Shown: positions 29,683 to 40,416, counted from the first letter of the stretch. The stretch is 64,000 bases of DNA from Candidatus Spongiisociaceae bacterium (GCA_965262915.1 OZ253564.1:2656001-2720000), one strand, 5' to 3'. The notes: generated by a model from the letters alone, not told the origin. A program made the numbers and translations.

Positions 29683-31794
29683 ATGAGGGTGCGAAGTCAG
29701 GCCGGATGGGCGCTCGGGATCGATGTCGGTGGGACGTTTACGGATCTGGTGGCGACACAAGAAGGGCGCGTCCGAGCCACGAGCAAGGTACTCACCAGTT
29801 ATCCAGATCCCGGCGCTGGTGTAATGAGGGGTCTCGGCCGGCTTCTGGTCGAGACAGACCTCGAGTCGGCTGGCTGCGCCTTCCTCGTACACGCGACAAC
29901 CCTGGCGAGCAATGCGGTCATCGAGGGCAAGACAGCACCCATCGGGTTTATCACGACGAAGGGGTTCAGGGACGTACTCTGGCTGAGGCGGGAAGACAGG
30001 TATTACATCTATGACCCGGCAAATCGTTTCCCTGAGGTCCTCGTTCGCAAGGAGGATTGTATAGAGGCCGATGAGCGGGTGAAGCATGACGGGGACGTCG
30101 TGTCGCCCGTGCCCGTCGAGGACACGCTGGCTCATATACACGGACTGGTTGAGCGAGGGGTCAGAGCCGTTGCGGTGGGGTTCCTCCATTCCTATGTGAA
30201 TCCCGTTAACGAACGGAGGATGGCGGCTGCGATCCGCGAGAGATGGCCGCAGTTGGGCGTCGTCGCGTCCCACGAAGTCTCGGGAGAGGGACGGGAATAT
30301 GAGCGCTTTGTCACGACCGTAATAGACGCCGCGCTCATGCCGATCATGTCCGAGTATCTCCGGACACTCAGCCTCGGCCTGAAAGAGCATGGATTCCATT
30401 GTCCTCATTACGTCCTGACATCGGCAGGCGATGCCGTGACCTTCGAGCAGGGCAGCGCTCATCCGGTCACCCTTCTCGAGTCCGGTCCAGCGGCGGGCCA
30501 TGTGGCGGCCTGCAGAATCGGCAGGGCTGTGAACTCGGAGGTCCTTGCTTTCGATATGGGAGGGACGACCGCAAAGGTCGGGGTGTCTGTTGACGGGAGG
30601 CCCATCCTCACCAAGAACCTCGAGGTCGGCCGAGTGGCGCGAGAGCAGCCGGGCAGCGGATACCCGGTGGTGCTGCGCAGCATCGACCTGCGAGAGATCA
30701 GCGCAGGCGGTGGCTCGATCGCCCGGATCGACCCGACGGGACTGCTCGATGTAGGTCCGGACTCGGCCGGATCGGTTCCAGGTCCGGCATGTTATGGCCG
30801 GGGGGGGACAGAGCCGACCATCACGGATGCGAACGTGCATCTCAGGTGGATAGACCCTGAGGGCAAGCTGGGTGACGAGATCGAGATCGATGAGAACCTT
30901 GCCTCCGAGGCTCTGGGGCGCTTGGGGCTGGGTGGGCCGGACGGAGCCGCATCGGGGATTCGAGCGCTCATCGACGAGAAGATGTCGGAGGCGACGCGAC
31001 TGTACTTGACCGAGTCCCAGGTTCGGCAGCACGGCCGTACGCTCATCGCATTCGGCGGCGCGGGTGGCCTTCATGCCGCGGCGATAGCGACCAAGATCGG
31101 TGTTTCCGAGATCCTTTGTCCCCGCGAAGCGGGGGTGTTGTCGGCTTGGGGCCTGGCTCTGGCCCGGTTGAGCCGGCGCGGAGGGCTGAGCTGCACGCTT
31201 CGGGTATGGAGGGAGTCATTCGCCTCTGAGTGGAGCGCGGCATGGTTGACGGTGGAGGAGCGTGTGGGGCTGACTGAGGGAGAGTCGCCGCTGTACTACG
31301 ACCGTGTGGTCGAGATGTCGTATGTGGGGCAGCCCTTCAGCATCGACGTCGCCCTCGGAAAAGCGCCTCATCCGGATGAACCGATCGACACCGAGGAACT
31401 GAGCAGTATCTTCGCTGAAACGTATCGTGCGCGCTTTGGTAAGACCGTCAAGGGGGGACGCTTGATGGTCACTGCGGTTCATTTGTCGGCCGTCATGCGG
31501 CCCGAAGCCGAGCTCGACGGATTACAGCCTCACGACAGCCTCGATCAAGGCCGACGCCGGGATAGTTCACGCAATAGGGGACCAATTTCAAGGACGAGAA
31601 GCGTCCTGACCAACAAGGGCACGAGAGTCGGCCATAGCGTCATCAGGTGGCCCCAAGAAGGGGAGATGTGGAGCGTGCACGGTCCCTCGATCATCCAGGC
31701 GCCGCACACAGCCGCGGTGGTTCCCGACGGATGGCGAGCCCTCAGCGATCAAAATGGCAATGTCTGGATCTTGGAAGGTGCTGGCGATGGTTGA
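29683..31794 (+). CDS. Hydantoinase/oxoprolinase A subunit (copy 1)
   Basis: GIDVGGTFTD, HATTLASNA, LESGPAAG, DMGGTT, AGSVPGPACYG, PTITDA. Confidence 0.92.
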   Translation: MRVRSQAGWALGIDVGGTFTDLVATQEGRVRATSKVLTSYPDPGAGVMRGLGRLLVETDLESAGCAFLVHATTLASNAVIEGKTAPIGFITTKGFRDVLWLRREDRYYIYDPANRFPEVLVRKEDCIEADERVKHDGDVVSPVPVEDTLAHIHGLVERGVRAVAVGFLHSYVNPVNERRMAAAIRERWPQLGVVASHEVSGEGREYERFVTTVIDAALMPIMSEYLRTLSLGLKEHGFHCPHYVLTSAGDAVTFEQGSAHPVTLLESGPAAGHVAACRIGRAVNSEVLAFDMGGTTAKVGVSVDGRPILTKNLEVGRVAREQPGSGYPVVLRSIDLREISAGGGSIARIDPTGLLDVGPDSAGSVPGPACYGRGGTEPTITDANVHLRWIDPEGKLGDEIEIDENLASEALGRLGLGGPDGAASGIRALIDEKMSEATRLYLTESQVRQHGRTLIAFGGAGGLHAAAIATKIGVSEILCPREAGVLSAWGLALARLSRRGGLSCTLRVWRESFASEWSAAWLTVEERVGLTEGESPLYYDRVVEMSYVGQPFSIDVALGKAPHPDEPIDTEELSSIFAETYRARFGKTVKGGRLMVTAVHLSAVMRPEAELDGLQPHDSLDQGRRRDSSRNRGPISRTRSVLTNKGTRVGHSVIRWPQEGEMWSVHGPSIIQAPHTAAVVPDGWRALSDQNGNVWILEGAGDG

Positions 31795-33358
31795 CGTCGT
31801 CGATGTCAAGATAGTTTGGGAGCGCCTGAGCGGAGCGATCAACCTCGCCACTATTGCTCAGAAACAGTCTGCATTTTCGACTGCAGTCACCGAGGCTAAC
31901 GATTTCGCCTGTGGGCTGATGACCAAACGCGGCGATCTGATAGTCAACTCCGATATTTCTCTGCCCTCCTTTTCCCTCATGATGCCCAATGCTGTGCGGC
32001 GGTTCATCGAGAAAGACTGCATGAGCGATCCGCAGCCGGGCGATATATACATCTGGAATGATCCCTGGAACGTCTCGGCCCAGTTGAACGACATTCTCGT
32101 CCTACAGCCCATATTCTGGAATGGATCCTTGCAAGGATATGCCGGCAGTATCGCCCATAATCCGGACCTTGGTGGGGTTCAAGAATGGATGAAGGCCTCG
32201 GATATCTTTGAAGAAGGCCTCCAGATTCCCGCCTTGCGGCTTTACAGCCAGGGTGTCCGGAACGAATCAATTTGGGAGATAATCGGAGCCAACTCGCGTG
32301 CCCCCGAACAGACTCTGGGGGACATCGAAGCGGAGGTAGCTGCGGTCGGGACCATCGCCGACCGCGTGAGTGAAGTGATCTTGCCCGAACACGGTGAGAG
32401 CCTCGATTATTGGGCGTCCGAGATACTCGGGCGCAGCGAACGATTGATGAGGGAGGCGATCAAAGGCGTTCCGGCGGGCACCTACACAGCGGAGCATGTC
32501 TTTCCCGCGCTAGACATCGGGGTAGTCGGAGAGGATCGTGAGTTGGCGCTGCGCGTTCGGGTGGAGGTTGGGGACGACGAATTGCTGGTCTCCTATGAAG
32601 GCACCTCGCCGCAGGTCGCTCTGAACGTGAACTCTCTGGAGACCTTCACGAGAGCCTATACCATGTATGCCCTGCGGACATTCCTGTGCCCGGGGGTGCG
32701 CCAGAACGACGGCTTCACTCGCCCCGTCCGGATCGTGGTTCCTGAGGGAACGTTGCTGAACGCGGCTCGACCGGCGGCGTGCGTGAACCGGCACATGGTC
32801 GGCCAGCGAACATGTGACCTGCTGAGCCAGGCCCTTGCGCCGGTCTTACCAGAGCGGGTTCACGGCGAGAATGGGTCGGCCCCGGGTTGGGTCACCATGT
32901 TGACGCCTCTGGAAGGCGATTTCAAAGACGTTCCACGGCTCTCGGCGTTTGCGGGCGGCACCGGTGCCAGGCACGGGCTTGCCGGACAAACGGTGCACTA
33001 CCCGGCCAACCTGTCGAGCACGCCGGTTGAGGTAATGGAGCGGACCTTGCCCGTTCTCGTGGTGGAGAAACGCGTCCGAGAGGGTTCCGGCGGCGCAGGA
33101 GAATGGCGCGGGGGGGAGGGTCAGACACTCGAACTCCTGGTCGAGGGTTCTCTGGTGTACGTCCTCATGGCCGGCAACCTCGAACGGCAGCCTAGAGGTG
33201 TGTTGGGAGGTAGCAGTGGATCGAGTGGAGAGTTCTTCATCGACGGTGTGAGTATGCCCCCTGGGTCCGGCCGACTCACGTCGGGTTCCCGCATCGTCAT
33301 TCGTACGCCGGGTGGCGGTGGGTACGGCTCCGGTGATGGAGAGGGATCGGCCTCATGA
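31787..33358 (+). CDS. Hydantoinase/oxoprolinase B subunit (copy 1, divergent)
   Basis: AFSTAVTEANDF, NDPW, AHNPDLGG, EEGLQIP, TPVEVME, SGGAGEWRGG, TPGGGGYG. Confidence 0.9.
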   Translation: MVDVVDVKIVWERLSGAINLATIAQKQSAFSTAVTEANDFACGLMTKRGDLIVNSDISLPSFSLMMPNAVRRFIEKDCMSDPQPGDIYIWNDPWNVSAQLNDILVLQPIFWNGSLQGYAGSIAHNPDLGGVQEWMKASDIFEEGLQIPALRLYSQGVRNESIWEIIGANSRAPEQTLGDIEAEVAAVGTIADRVSEVILPEHGESLDYWASEILGRSERLMREAIKGVPAGTYTAEHVFPALDIGVVGEDRELALRVRVEVGDDELLVSYEGTSPQVALNVNSLETFTRAYTMYALRTFLCPGVRQNDGFTRPVRIVVPEGTLLNAARPAACVNRHMVGQRTCDLLSQALAPVLPERVHGENGSAPGWVTMLTPLEGDFKDVPRLSAFAGGTGARHGLAGQTVHYPANLSSTPVEVMERTLPVLVVEKRVREGSGGAGEWRGGEGQTLELLVEGSLVYVLMAGNLERQPRGVLGGSSGSSGEFFIDGVSMPPGSGRLTSGSRIVIRTPGGGGYGSGDGEGSAS

Positions 33359-33442
33359 GGCAGCGGGAGCCGGCCGGTACGACGGGATGGGATGCCCCTA
33401 TACCTCGCTCGAGTTACTGGTCGATCGCAGGATGGTGGTGGC

Positions 33443-35125
33443 ATGGACGTTGATCCGATCACGCTGGCCGTCGTCGAAGGTGCCCTGCAATCCACGATCA
33501 GAGAAATGCGGGAGGTCGTGGTGCGATCCGGCCGCTCGCCGATCATCTCAATCTCAACCGACTTCTCAAACTCGATATTCGATACGAACGGCGAACAAGT
33601 CATCCAGTCCTACGGTCAGCCCGTCCATATCGGCTCGATGCAGGTGGCGCTCGGAGAGGTGCGCACCTACTGGGGAGACGACATCTCCCCCGGTGATGTC
33701 ATATTCGTCAATGACCCGACCTATGGCGGCGGGCATCAGGCGGACATGTCCATGTTCAAGCCGATCTTCATTGACGACGATCTCTTCGCATGGGCAGGGT
33801 GTCGTTGCCATGTCTCGGATTCCGGAGGACCCGTAGCCGGTGGGTACAACCCGTTGGCGACCCAGATCTACGGCGAGGGCCTGCGGATGCCTCCGATCAA
33901 GATCTACGATCGGGGTCGTGTTCGATCCGACGTGGTCGACTTGATTCTGCTGAATGTGCGCACCCCGCGTGCCTTTCGAGGAGATATGGGGGCCCAGTAC
34001 GGAGCTCTTGGCGTGGCAGAACGCCGACTCGAGGGACTCTGCAACGACCTGGGTGCAGACGTAATCTCGAGGTCTATGTCCGCTTTGCTGCAACGCGGTG
34101 AGCAAATGACGAAGGAGGCCATCCGAGCGCTGCCACAGGGCGAAGTGACCGGGTCAGCCTTCATGGAAGATCCCTTCGGGGGTTCGCCCCTACCCATCAC
34201 CTGCACGTTGCTCGTGGGTGATGGTCGACTGCGGGTTGTGGTGAGAAGTGGTCCCCAGATCTCGGCGTACAAGAACAGCTATTTCGGCAATTCGATTTCC
34301 GCGGTCTACGCGGGCCTGTTGACGGGACTCCCGATGGGGATTCCACGAAACGGCGGTACTTACCGGCGTTTCGAGGTTGACCTCGGTCCCAAGGGAACCA
34401 TCACGAACGCGGAATCGCCTGCGCCGTGTTCGCTCGCGACGTCCAATCCGTTCGACAACATCACCGAAGCGGTTCAAGATGCCCTGTCCAAGTTGGTACC
34501 GGAACGTGCCATGGCCGGTTGGACGGATTTCGCCGGCGCTGCATTTGCCGGTGTAGACCCGCGTGTCGGGGAGCAGTTCTCGCATCTGTCGTCCCTATCG
34601 GGCACGGGCGGTGCCGGCGCTATGTGGGAGACGGATGGGTGGTCATGCTGTGGGGCACAAGCGGCCTTTGGAGGCATGCGCACGGGAAACGTCGAGGAAC
34701 TCGAGTTGCAGGTGCCGATCCGGATACACCGGTTCGAACTAGCCCCGAACACGGAAGGTCCTGGCAGATGGCGGGGCGGTTTCGGTGTGGATGTCGAAAT
34801 CGAGCCGCTTGGTCCGATCGCAGTGTCCACCGTCGGCGAAGGGTACGAGTTAGCACCCCCCGGGCGCTTCGAAGCCGCCGAGGTCGGTCCCGAATGGAGA
34901 AGTGTGTTCACACGCTTCGTGCGCGAACCTGATGGCTCCACCCGTGATGTCTCGGGCGGTTTGGTCTTCGAAATGGATGAAGGGCAGGTTCTGGTGAGCC
35001 GAAGCACAGGCGGCGGCGGGATCGGCGATCCGAAGCTGCGGTCCCGGGTGGCGTTGGAGCGCGACGTCGCGAGTGGCCTCATCGATCGAGAGCGGGCCAG
35101 GACCGTGTACGGCTGGGAGGCGTGA
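33443..35125 (+). CDS. Hydantoinase/oxoprolinase B subunit (copy 2)
   Basis: DPITLAVV, PVHIGSM, NDPTYGGGHQADM, HVSDSGG, EGLRMPP, GPGRWRGG, GGGGIGDP. Confidence 0.93.
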   Translation: MDVDPITLAVVEGALQSTIREMREVVVRSGRSPIISISTDFSNSIFDTNGEQVIQSYGQPVHIGSMQVALGEVRTYWGDDISPGDVIFVNDPTYGGGHQADMSMFKPIFIDDDLFAWAGCRCHVSDSGGPVAGGYNPLATQIYGEGLRMPPIKIYDRGRVRSDVVDLILLNVRTPRAFRGDMGAQYGALGVAERRLEGLCNDLGADVISRSMSALLQRGEQMTKEAIRALPQGEVTGSAFMEDPFGGSPLPITCTLLVGDGRLRVVVRSGPQISAYKNSYFGNSISAVYAGLLTGLPMGIPRNGGTYRRFEVDLGPKGTITNAESPAPCSLATSNPFDNITEAVQDALSKLVPERAMAGWTDFAGAAFAGVDPRVGEQFSHLSSLSGTGGAGAMWETDGWSCCGAQAAFGGMRTGNVEELELQVPIRIHRFELAPNTEGPGRWRGGFGVDVEIEPLGPIAVSTVGEGYELAPPGRFEAAEVGPEWRSVFTRFVREPDGSTRDVSGGLVFEMDEGQVLVSRSTGGGGIGDPKLRSRVALERDVASGLIDRERARTVYGWEA

Positions 35126-35132
35126 CCAAATC

Positions 35133-37280
35133 ATGAATCAGCCTGTCGTCATTGGGGTCGATGTCGGGGGCACCTTCACGGACGTGGTCGCAGTCGATCG
35201 GTCGGGTTCGCTGGTGATCACAAAGGTGGCGTCGGATCCCGAGGCGCCAGAGAACGCGGTTGTCGCCGGTATCCGGGCCCTGGCGACTCAGATGGGCGTG
35301 GATCTCGTTGGGCTACTGAGCGAGGCGACGATCATCCACGGATCGACCCTCGCGATCAACACGCTCCTGACCCGGACGGGAGCCAGGACCGGCCTCATCT
35401 GCACCGAAGGATTCCGCGACATCACCGAGATTCGAACCGGCTACCGGCACGAGAGATTCGATCTGCGCGCACCACCACCAATACCCCTCGTTCCGAGACA
35501 CCTCCGGCTCGAGGTACGTGAGCGTATAGATGAGAACGGCAAGGTGCTGCGTCCGCTCGAAGAAGCCGACATAATCGACGCCTGTCGAGTCTTCGAGTCG
35601 GAGGGTGTCGACGCAATAGCGGTGTGCTTTCTGTGGTCCTTCATGAATGCGTCCCACGAAAACCGGGTCAGGGATACTTGCGAGAAGCTCCTGCCTGCCA
35701 CATACATCACGGTATCTTCCGATGTCCTGCCTGAGATTCGGGAGTACGACCGCTGGAGCACGACGGTCCTCAATGCCTATCTCGGCCCGAAGTTCGGGGG
35801 CTACATAGATCGCCTCGAGGATGGCTTGCGAGAAGCCGGATTGCGTGGTCGCATCCAGTATCTGCAGAGTAACGGTGGGGTCGCGAATAGGGATGAGATA
35901 GTCCGGCTACCCAGCAGAACCCTGCTGTCAGGTCCGGCTACGGGCCCTGTCGCTGCTCGCTACATCGCATCACGTGAGGGGTGGGACAACGTTATCTGTA
36001 TCGACATGGGGGGGACGAGTTTCGACACGAGCGCGGTGACGAGGGGAGAAATCCGGCAGTCGAGACCCGTTGACATCGACTCGCTACGTGTGGGTTTTCC
36101 GATGGTCGATGTGCATAGCATCGGGGGGGGAGGGGGCTCGGTTGCCCACTTGGACTCCGGTATTCTTCGAGTAGGGCCGCAGAGCGCCGGATCGCATCCA
36201 GGACCCGCGGCCTATGGGCTAGGCGGGAGTGATCCGACGGTGACCGATGCCGACCTGCTGCTCGGTCTGTATCAGGAAGGCTCGATAGCGGGCGGAGTGT
36301 CGCTGGCCACGTCCCCCGCCAGGGCCGCGGTCGGGAGGCTTGCCGATGAGATGCAGATGCCTGCTGCGGCGGCTACCGAAGGCATCTGGCGGGTTCTGAC
36401 AGACCAGCTCGCCGAGGCCGTCCGCGGCGTCACAATTGCAGAGGGCCGGGATCCCAGGGACTATGTGATGGTTGCCGGTGGAGGGGCCGGGCCGGCACAT
36501 TGTTGTGCGATCGCCGATCGGCTGGGTATCACCGATGTGTTCGTTCCTAGGGCCGCGCCTGCACTGTGTGCCTTCGGCGCAATCCTCACGGATGAAATCC
36601 ACGATCTTCGCCGGTCATACCCGATGCGACTTGGGGATGGGGCGGCATACGGAGAGCTGAACGATGCCTTGAAGGAGATCCAATCCGAGGTCCTGAGGCG
36701 GGCCGGAGCGGGTCCGGGGGATGCTACGACTCCGCGTTCCGGACGCGCCCATGACTCTGGGGACGCACATCCGGAAGGAGACGAACCGGTCGAGCTCAGG
36801 AGCGGCATCGAGTTGCGGTATCAGGGTCAACTCTGGGAGATTCTCTTGTGGCTTCAGGGAGATGAGATCGACACGGCGACCGCTGAGGAGGCGGTCAACA
36901 GGTTTCATGAGCGGCATAACGAGCTGTACGCCTACTCGGAACCTGACACGCCCTGCGAAGCCGTGAGCCTGGCAGTTCGAGCCACAGTCCGTCGAGAAGT
37001 CCTGTTGGCTGACCGGCCACCTCAAGATGAGGGTCGTGAATGGCGGCCGGTGGGAAGCCGGACGATCGCCGGTCTCTGGGCCGGTGGCGCTTACCAATCC
37101 GCCGGCTCGGACGGAAACGGGAGAAGCGCCGCCATATACGATGGGGCAGATGCGGTGGTCGGATTACCGATCGATGGACCGGCCCTCATATACGAGTCGA
37201 TGTGCGTAATCGTCGTTGATCCGGGCTGGAGAGCCGAGTTGACGGCCACCGACACCTATCACCTTTCGTGCAGCACCTGA
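35133..37280 (+). CDS. Hydantoinase/oxoprolinase A subunit (copy 2)
   Basis: GVDVGGTFTD, HGSTLAIN, IREYDRWST, LSGPA, DMGGTSFD, AGSHPGPAAYG, RYQGQ. Confidence 0.93.
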   Translation: MNQPVVIGVDVGGTFTDVVAVDRSGSLVITKVASDPEAPENAVVAGIRALATQMGVDLVGLLSEATIIHGSTLAINTLLTRTGARTGLICTEGFRDITEIRTGYRHERFDLRAPPPIPLVPRHLRLEVRERIDENGKVLRPLEEADIIDACRVFESEGVDAIAVCFLWSFMNASHENRVRDTCEKLLPATYITVSSDVLPEIREYDRWSTTVLNAYLGPKFGGYIDRLEDGLREAGLRGRIQYLQSNGGVANRDEIVRLPSRTLLSGPATGPVAARYIASREGWDNVICIDMGGTSFDTSAVTRGEIRQSRPVDIDSLRVGFPMVDVHSIGGGGGSVAHLDSGILRVGPQSAGSHPGPAAYGLGGSDPTVTDADLLLGLYQEGSIAGGVSLATSPARAAVGRLADEMQMPAAAATEGIWRVLTDQLAEAVRGVTIAEGRDPRDYVMVAGGGAGPAHCCAIADRLGITDVFVPRAAPALCAFGAILTDEIHDLRRSYPMRLGDGAAYGELNDALKEIQSEVLRRAGAGPGDATTPRSGRAHDSGDAHPEGDEPVELRSGIELRYQGQLWEILLWLQGDEIDTATAEEAVNRFHERHNELYAYSEPDTPCEAVSLAVRATVRREVLLADRPPQDEGREWRPVGSRTIAGLWAGGAYQSAGSDGNGRSAAIYDGADAVVGLPIDGPALIYESMCVIVVDPGWRAELTATDTYHLSCST

Positions 37281-37417
37281 TGAGGCGTCGGCCAAGCGGG
37301 ATGACGAGGAGAACTATCGATGCATCGGGCGCGAAATGCCCGATGCTCCCGATCCCAGATGTGTCCGGCCGCCGCATCTAGCAGGAAGCCCGACATGTGC
37401 GCGCACGTCGCGGCCGG

Positions 37418-38497
37418 ATGATTAGTCGCTCTGCTCCGGCAGTTCATGAGCCTCAAGAGCGCGCAACGGGTCGCCGCCGCTTCGTCCGGTATCTCGTGCG
37501 GCGCTTGCTTTTCATCCCCTTGGGCCTGCTCGTAGTAGCGACGCTGTCCTTTGGCTTGGTAAACCTGACTCCGGGTGATCCCGTTCGGGATCTGGCGGGT
37601 GGAATGATCAGCGATGAGCGGCTCGCGGAAATGCGAGCCGAGTTGGGACTTGATGCGCCGTTACCGGAGCGCTACGCACGGTACCTCGGCGACCTGGTTC
37701 GCCTCGATCTGGGAACGTCATATCTCACGAAGCGGCCGATTGCGACTGAGATCGCAGAACGGCTGGGTAGCAGCGTAGAGCTTGTGATCATGAGCCTGAT
37801 CGTCGCCAGCGGGTTGGGCCTGTTCGTCGGCTTCGTCGGGGCCCGGTTTCGACGTCGTTGGCCGGATGCGACGGGAAGGGTTCTGATGAGCTTGGCGCAG
37901 TCGCTTCCCGATTTCTTCGTTGGCCTTATATTGATTTACGTACTCTTCTTCAGGTTGAGGTTGGCGCCACCGCCGGTCGGGAGGCTGGGTCTGTTGGAGG
38001 AACTTCCCCCGAACGTAACGGGTGGCGTGATCCTGGATAGCTTGATTGCAGGGCGATGGGGATCGACGGTAAACGCTTTGCGACACTCGGTGATGCCGGT
38101 ATTGGCCCTCGGAACGGTCTGTGCGGCTTACGTAGGCCGCGTGGCCCGGGCGGCGCTCGGCAGTGCTTTCGAATCGAGGTCCGTCGAATTTGCGAGGGCG
38201 TGCGGGCTGCGAGAGCGTACTGTCGCCCTGTACGCCTTGCGCGACGCGGCCGCACCCATCCTCACGTACGGCGCGATCCTGTTTGCCGTACTCGTTGGAG
38301 GTGCGGCGATTCTCGAGACGGTCTTCGCTTGGAACGGGATGGGGCAATGGGGAGTCGAGCGGATCTTGCGGAAGGACTTGCCTGCAATCCAGGGGTTCGT
38401 TGTGGTGGTCGGGGCAACATCCCTCTTCACGTACCTGTTGCTTGATCTGGCCCTGCCGGTGGTGGATCCGCGGCTGCGCGCGGACAGGAGGGATTGA
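37418..38497 (+). CDS. Dipeptide ABC permease (DppB-like)
   Basis: PGDP, LGLDAPL, DLGTS, ARACGL, ETVFAWNGMG, VDPRLR. Confidence 0.9.
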   Translation: MISRSAPAVHEPQERATGRRRFVRYLVRRLLFIPLGLLVVATLSFGLVNLTPGDPVRDLAGGMISDERLAEMRAELGLDAPLPERYARYLGDLVRLDLGTSYLTKRPIATEIAERLGSSVELVIMSLIVASGLGLFVGFVGARFRRRWPDATGRVLMSLAQSLPDFFVGLILIYVLFFRLRLAPPPVGRLGLLEELPPNVTGGVILDSLIAGRWGSTVNALRHSVMPVLALGTVCAAYVGRVARAALGSAFESRSVEFARACGLRERTVALYALRDAAAPILTYGAILFAVLVGGAAILETVFAWNGMGQWGVERILRKDLPAIQGFVVVVGATSLFTYLLLDLALPVVDPRLRADRRD

Positions 38498-38498
38498 G

Positions 38499-39350
38499 TT
38501 GACGGGTTCCGGGATGCGAGTCGACGGCGTTCGACGGGTCGTGCCGGCCATCCGGCAGCGGGGTGTCTTGTTCCTGGCCATCGGAGTGATCACGATCCTG
38601 GTGGCTGCGGCGTACCTCGCCCCCTTGCCCTACGGACCGTTGGTACCCGATGGACGGGCTACTCTCGAGCCGCCAAGTAGCTCACACTGGTTCGGTACGG
38701 ACGCTATCGGGTTCGATGTATTCAGCCGGACGATCGCAGCGGGGGGCCTCGACATTCCTCTGACCCTTGCCGGCACGGCTGCTGCTCTCATCCTGGGAGT
38801 CGTACTCGGATTGATGGCGACCGGAACGAGCAAACTATCCGAGGGTGTGATGCGCGGACTCGACGTTTTCCAAGCGTTTCCACTGCTGGTGTTCGGGTTG
38901 GTATTCGTAGCGATGATGGGCGACAACCTCAGGAGCATCATCATCGCCATCGCGCTGGTGCACACACCGAGAATCGTGCGAACTACCAGGAGCCAGGGCC
39001 TTACCCTCCGTCAGAGCCGCTTCGTCGAGGCAGCCATCGCAATCGGTGCGTCGAGATTTCGCATCATGAGTCGGCACGTCCTCCCGAATCTCCTGGGCGT
39101 CGTGGTGGCCCAGGCATCCCTTGCGGCTGCTCACGGAATCGTCCTGATAGCCGGCCTAACGTATCTCGGAGTCGGTATCGACCCGCCACAGGCGAGTTGG
39201 GGGGCGATGATTCGCGCCGGTTCTCACGACATGGCAACTGGTCACTGGTGGCCCGTTGTAGCACCGGGCGTTGCGATCGTGATTGCTGTTGCCAGCTTCA
39301 ACGCCATTGCTCAACACGTTCTGAACGTGTTCGAGGACAGGGCACGATGA
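38499..39350 (+). CDS. Dipeptide ABC permease (DppC-like)
   Basis: PPSSSHWFGTDAIGFDVFSR, FVEAAIAIGAS, HVLPN, SWGAMI; TTG start inferred from the RBS. Confidence 0.9.
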   Translation: MTGSGMRVDGVRRVVPAIRQRGVLFLAIGVITILVAAAYLAPLPYGPLVPDGRATLEPPSSSHWFGTDAIGFDVFSRTIAAGGLDIPLTLAGTAAALILGVVLGLMATGTSKLSEGVMRGLDVFQAFPLLVFGLVFVAMMGDNLRSIIIAIALVHTPRIVRTTRSQGLTLRQSRFVEAAIAIGASRFRIMSRHVLPNLLGVVVAQASLAAAHGIVLIAGLTYLGVGIDPPQASWGAMIRAGSHDMATGHWWPVVAPGVAIVIAVASFNAIAQHVLNVFEDRAR

Positions 39351-40318
39351 CGGTGACCGGACAGCTGCTGGAGGTCTCGAATCTGAGCACGACCTTTCAT
39401 ACGGACGAGGGGATCGTACGAGCCGTGGATGATGTGTCGTTCCGGCTCGAAGAGGGGGAAACGCTCGGCATCGTCGGAGAGACGGGCTGCGGGAAGTCGA
39501 GTTTGGCTAGATCCATTCTCGGGCTCGTGCCCCCTCCGGGTCGAGTCGAAGTGAAGCGAATCCGTTATCGCCACATTGAACTGTCGTCATTTTCGAGCCG
39601 ATCCTGGCGCCGTCTACGCGGGTCGGAAATAGGGTTCATTCCACAGAATCCGTTCGGTGCGCTGAGCCCCGTGATCAGGATCAATGACCAGTTCCGCCAT
39701 GTACTCAGGGCCCACCAGAGTCTTTCCCGCCGTGCGTGCCGGTCGAAAGCGGCCAAGATGTTGGAGCGAGTCCGGATTCGGGATCCTGAACGAGTCTTAC
39801 GGGGCTACGCCCATGAGCTGAGCGGAGGGATGGCACAGCGGACGGTGATCGCCATGGCCCTCGTGCTCACTCCTCGGCTGATCGTCGCCGACGAGCCCAC
39901 AACGGGCCTGGACGTTTCGGTGCAGAGGCAGATACTGGAGCTCGTGGCCGAACTCAAGCGCGACGCCGGGAGCAGCATGATATTGGTGTCCCATGATCTG
40001 GGGGTCGTCGCCCAATACTGTGACCGGATCGCCGTCATGTATGCAGGACGCATCGTCGAGATGGGTACGGTTCTCGATGTCCTTCGTGCTCCGGCCCATC
40101 CCTACACGACGGCACTGGTGTCGGCCGTACCGAAGCCCGGTACGAAGCTAGAGAGTCTGGGAGGAACGGTCCCGGACCTCCGGGAGCCCATATCCGGCTG
40201 TGCTTTCTTCGACCGTTGCCCGCACCGGATGGATCCGAGATGCGAGAATGAGCGTCCGATGCTCCGGGAGGTCGGCATCGACCACTGGGCGGCAACGTTC
40301 TGTGACATACCTCGATGA
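39347..40318 (+). CDS. Oligopeptide ABC ATP-binding subunit (OppD-like)
   Basis: GETGCGKS, HELSGGMAQR, ADEPTTGLD, HPYT, GCAFFDRCP. Confidence 0.92.
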   Translation: MTVTGQLLEVSNLSTTFHTDEGIVRAVDDVSFRLEEGETLGIVGETGCGKSSLARSILGLVPPPGRVEVKRIRYRHIELSSFSSRSWRRLRGSEIGFIPQNPFGALSPVIRINDQFRHVLRAHQSLSRRACRSKAAKMLERVRIRDPERVLRGYAHELSGGMAQRTVIAMALVLTPRLIVADEPTTGLDVSVQRQILELVAELKRDAGSSMILVSHDLGVVAQYCDRIAVMYAGRIVEMGTVLDVLRAPAHPYTTALVSAVPKPGTKLESLGGTVPDLREPISGCAFFDRCPHRMDPRCENERPMLREVGIDHWAATFCDIPR

Positions 40319-40416
40319 CAGGACGAGAGGCCCAACCCGGTGAAGCCACGATAAGTCGCGTTGACAACAATCGAGCGGATGTCTGAACAGGAGCGTCATC
40401 GGTAAAGGAGAAGACC

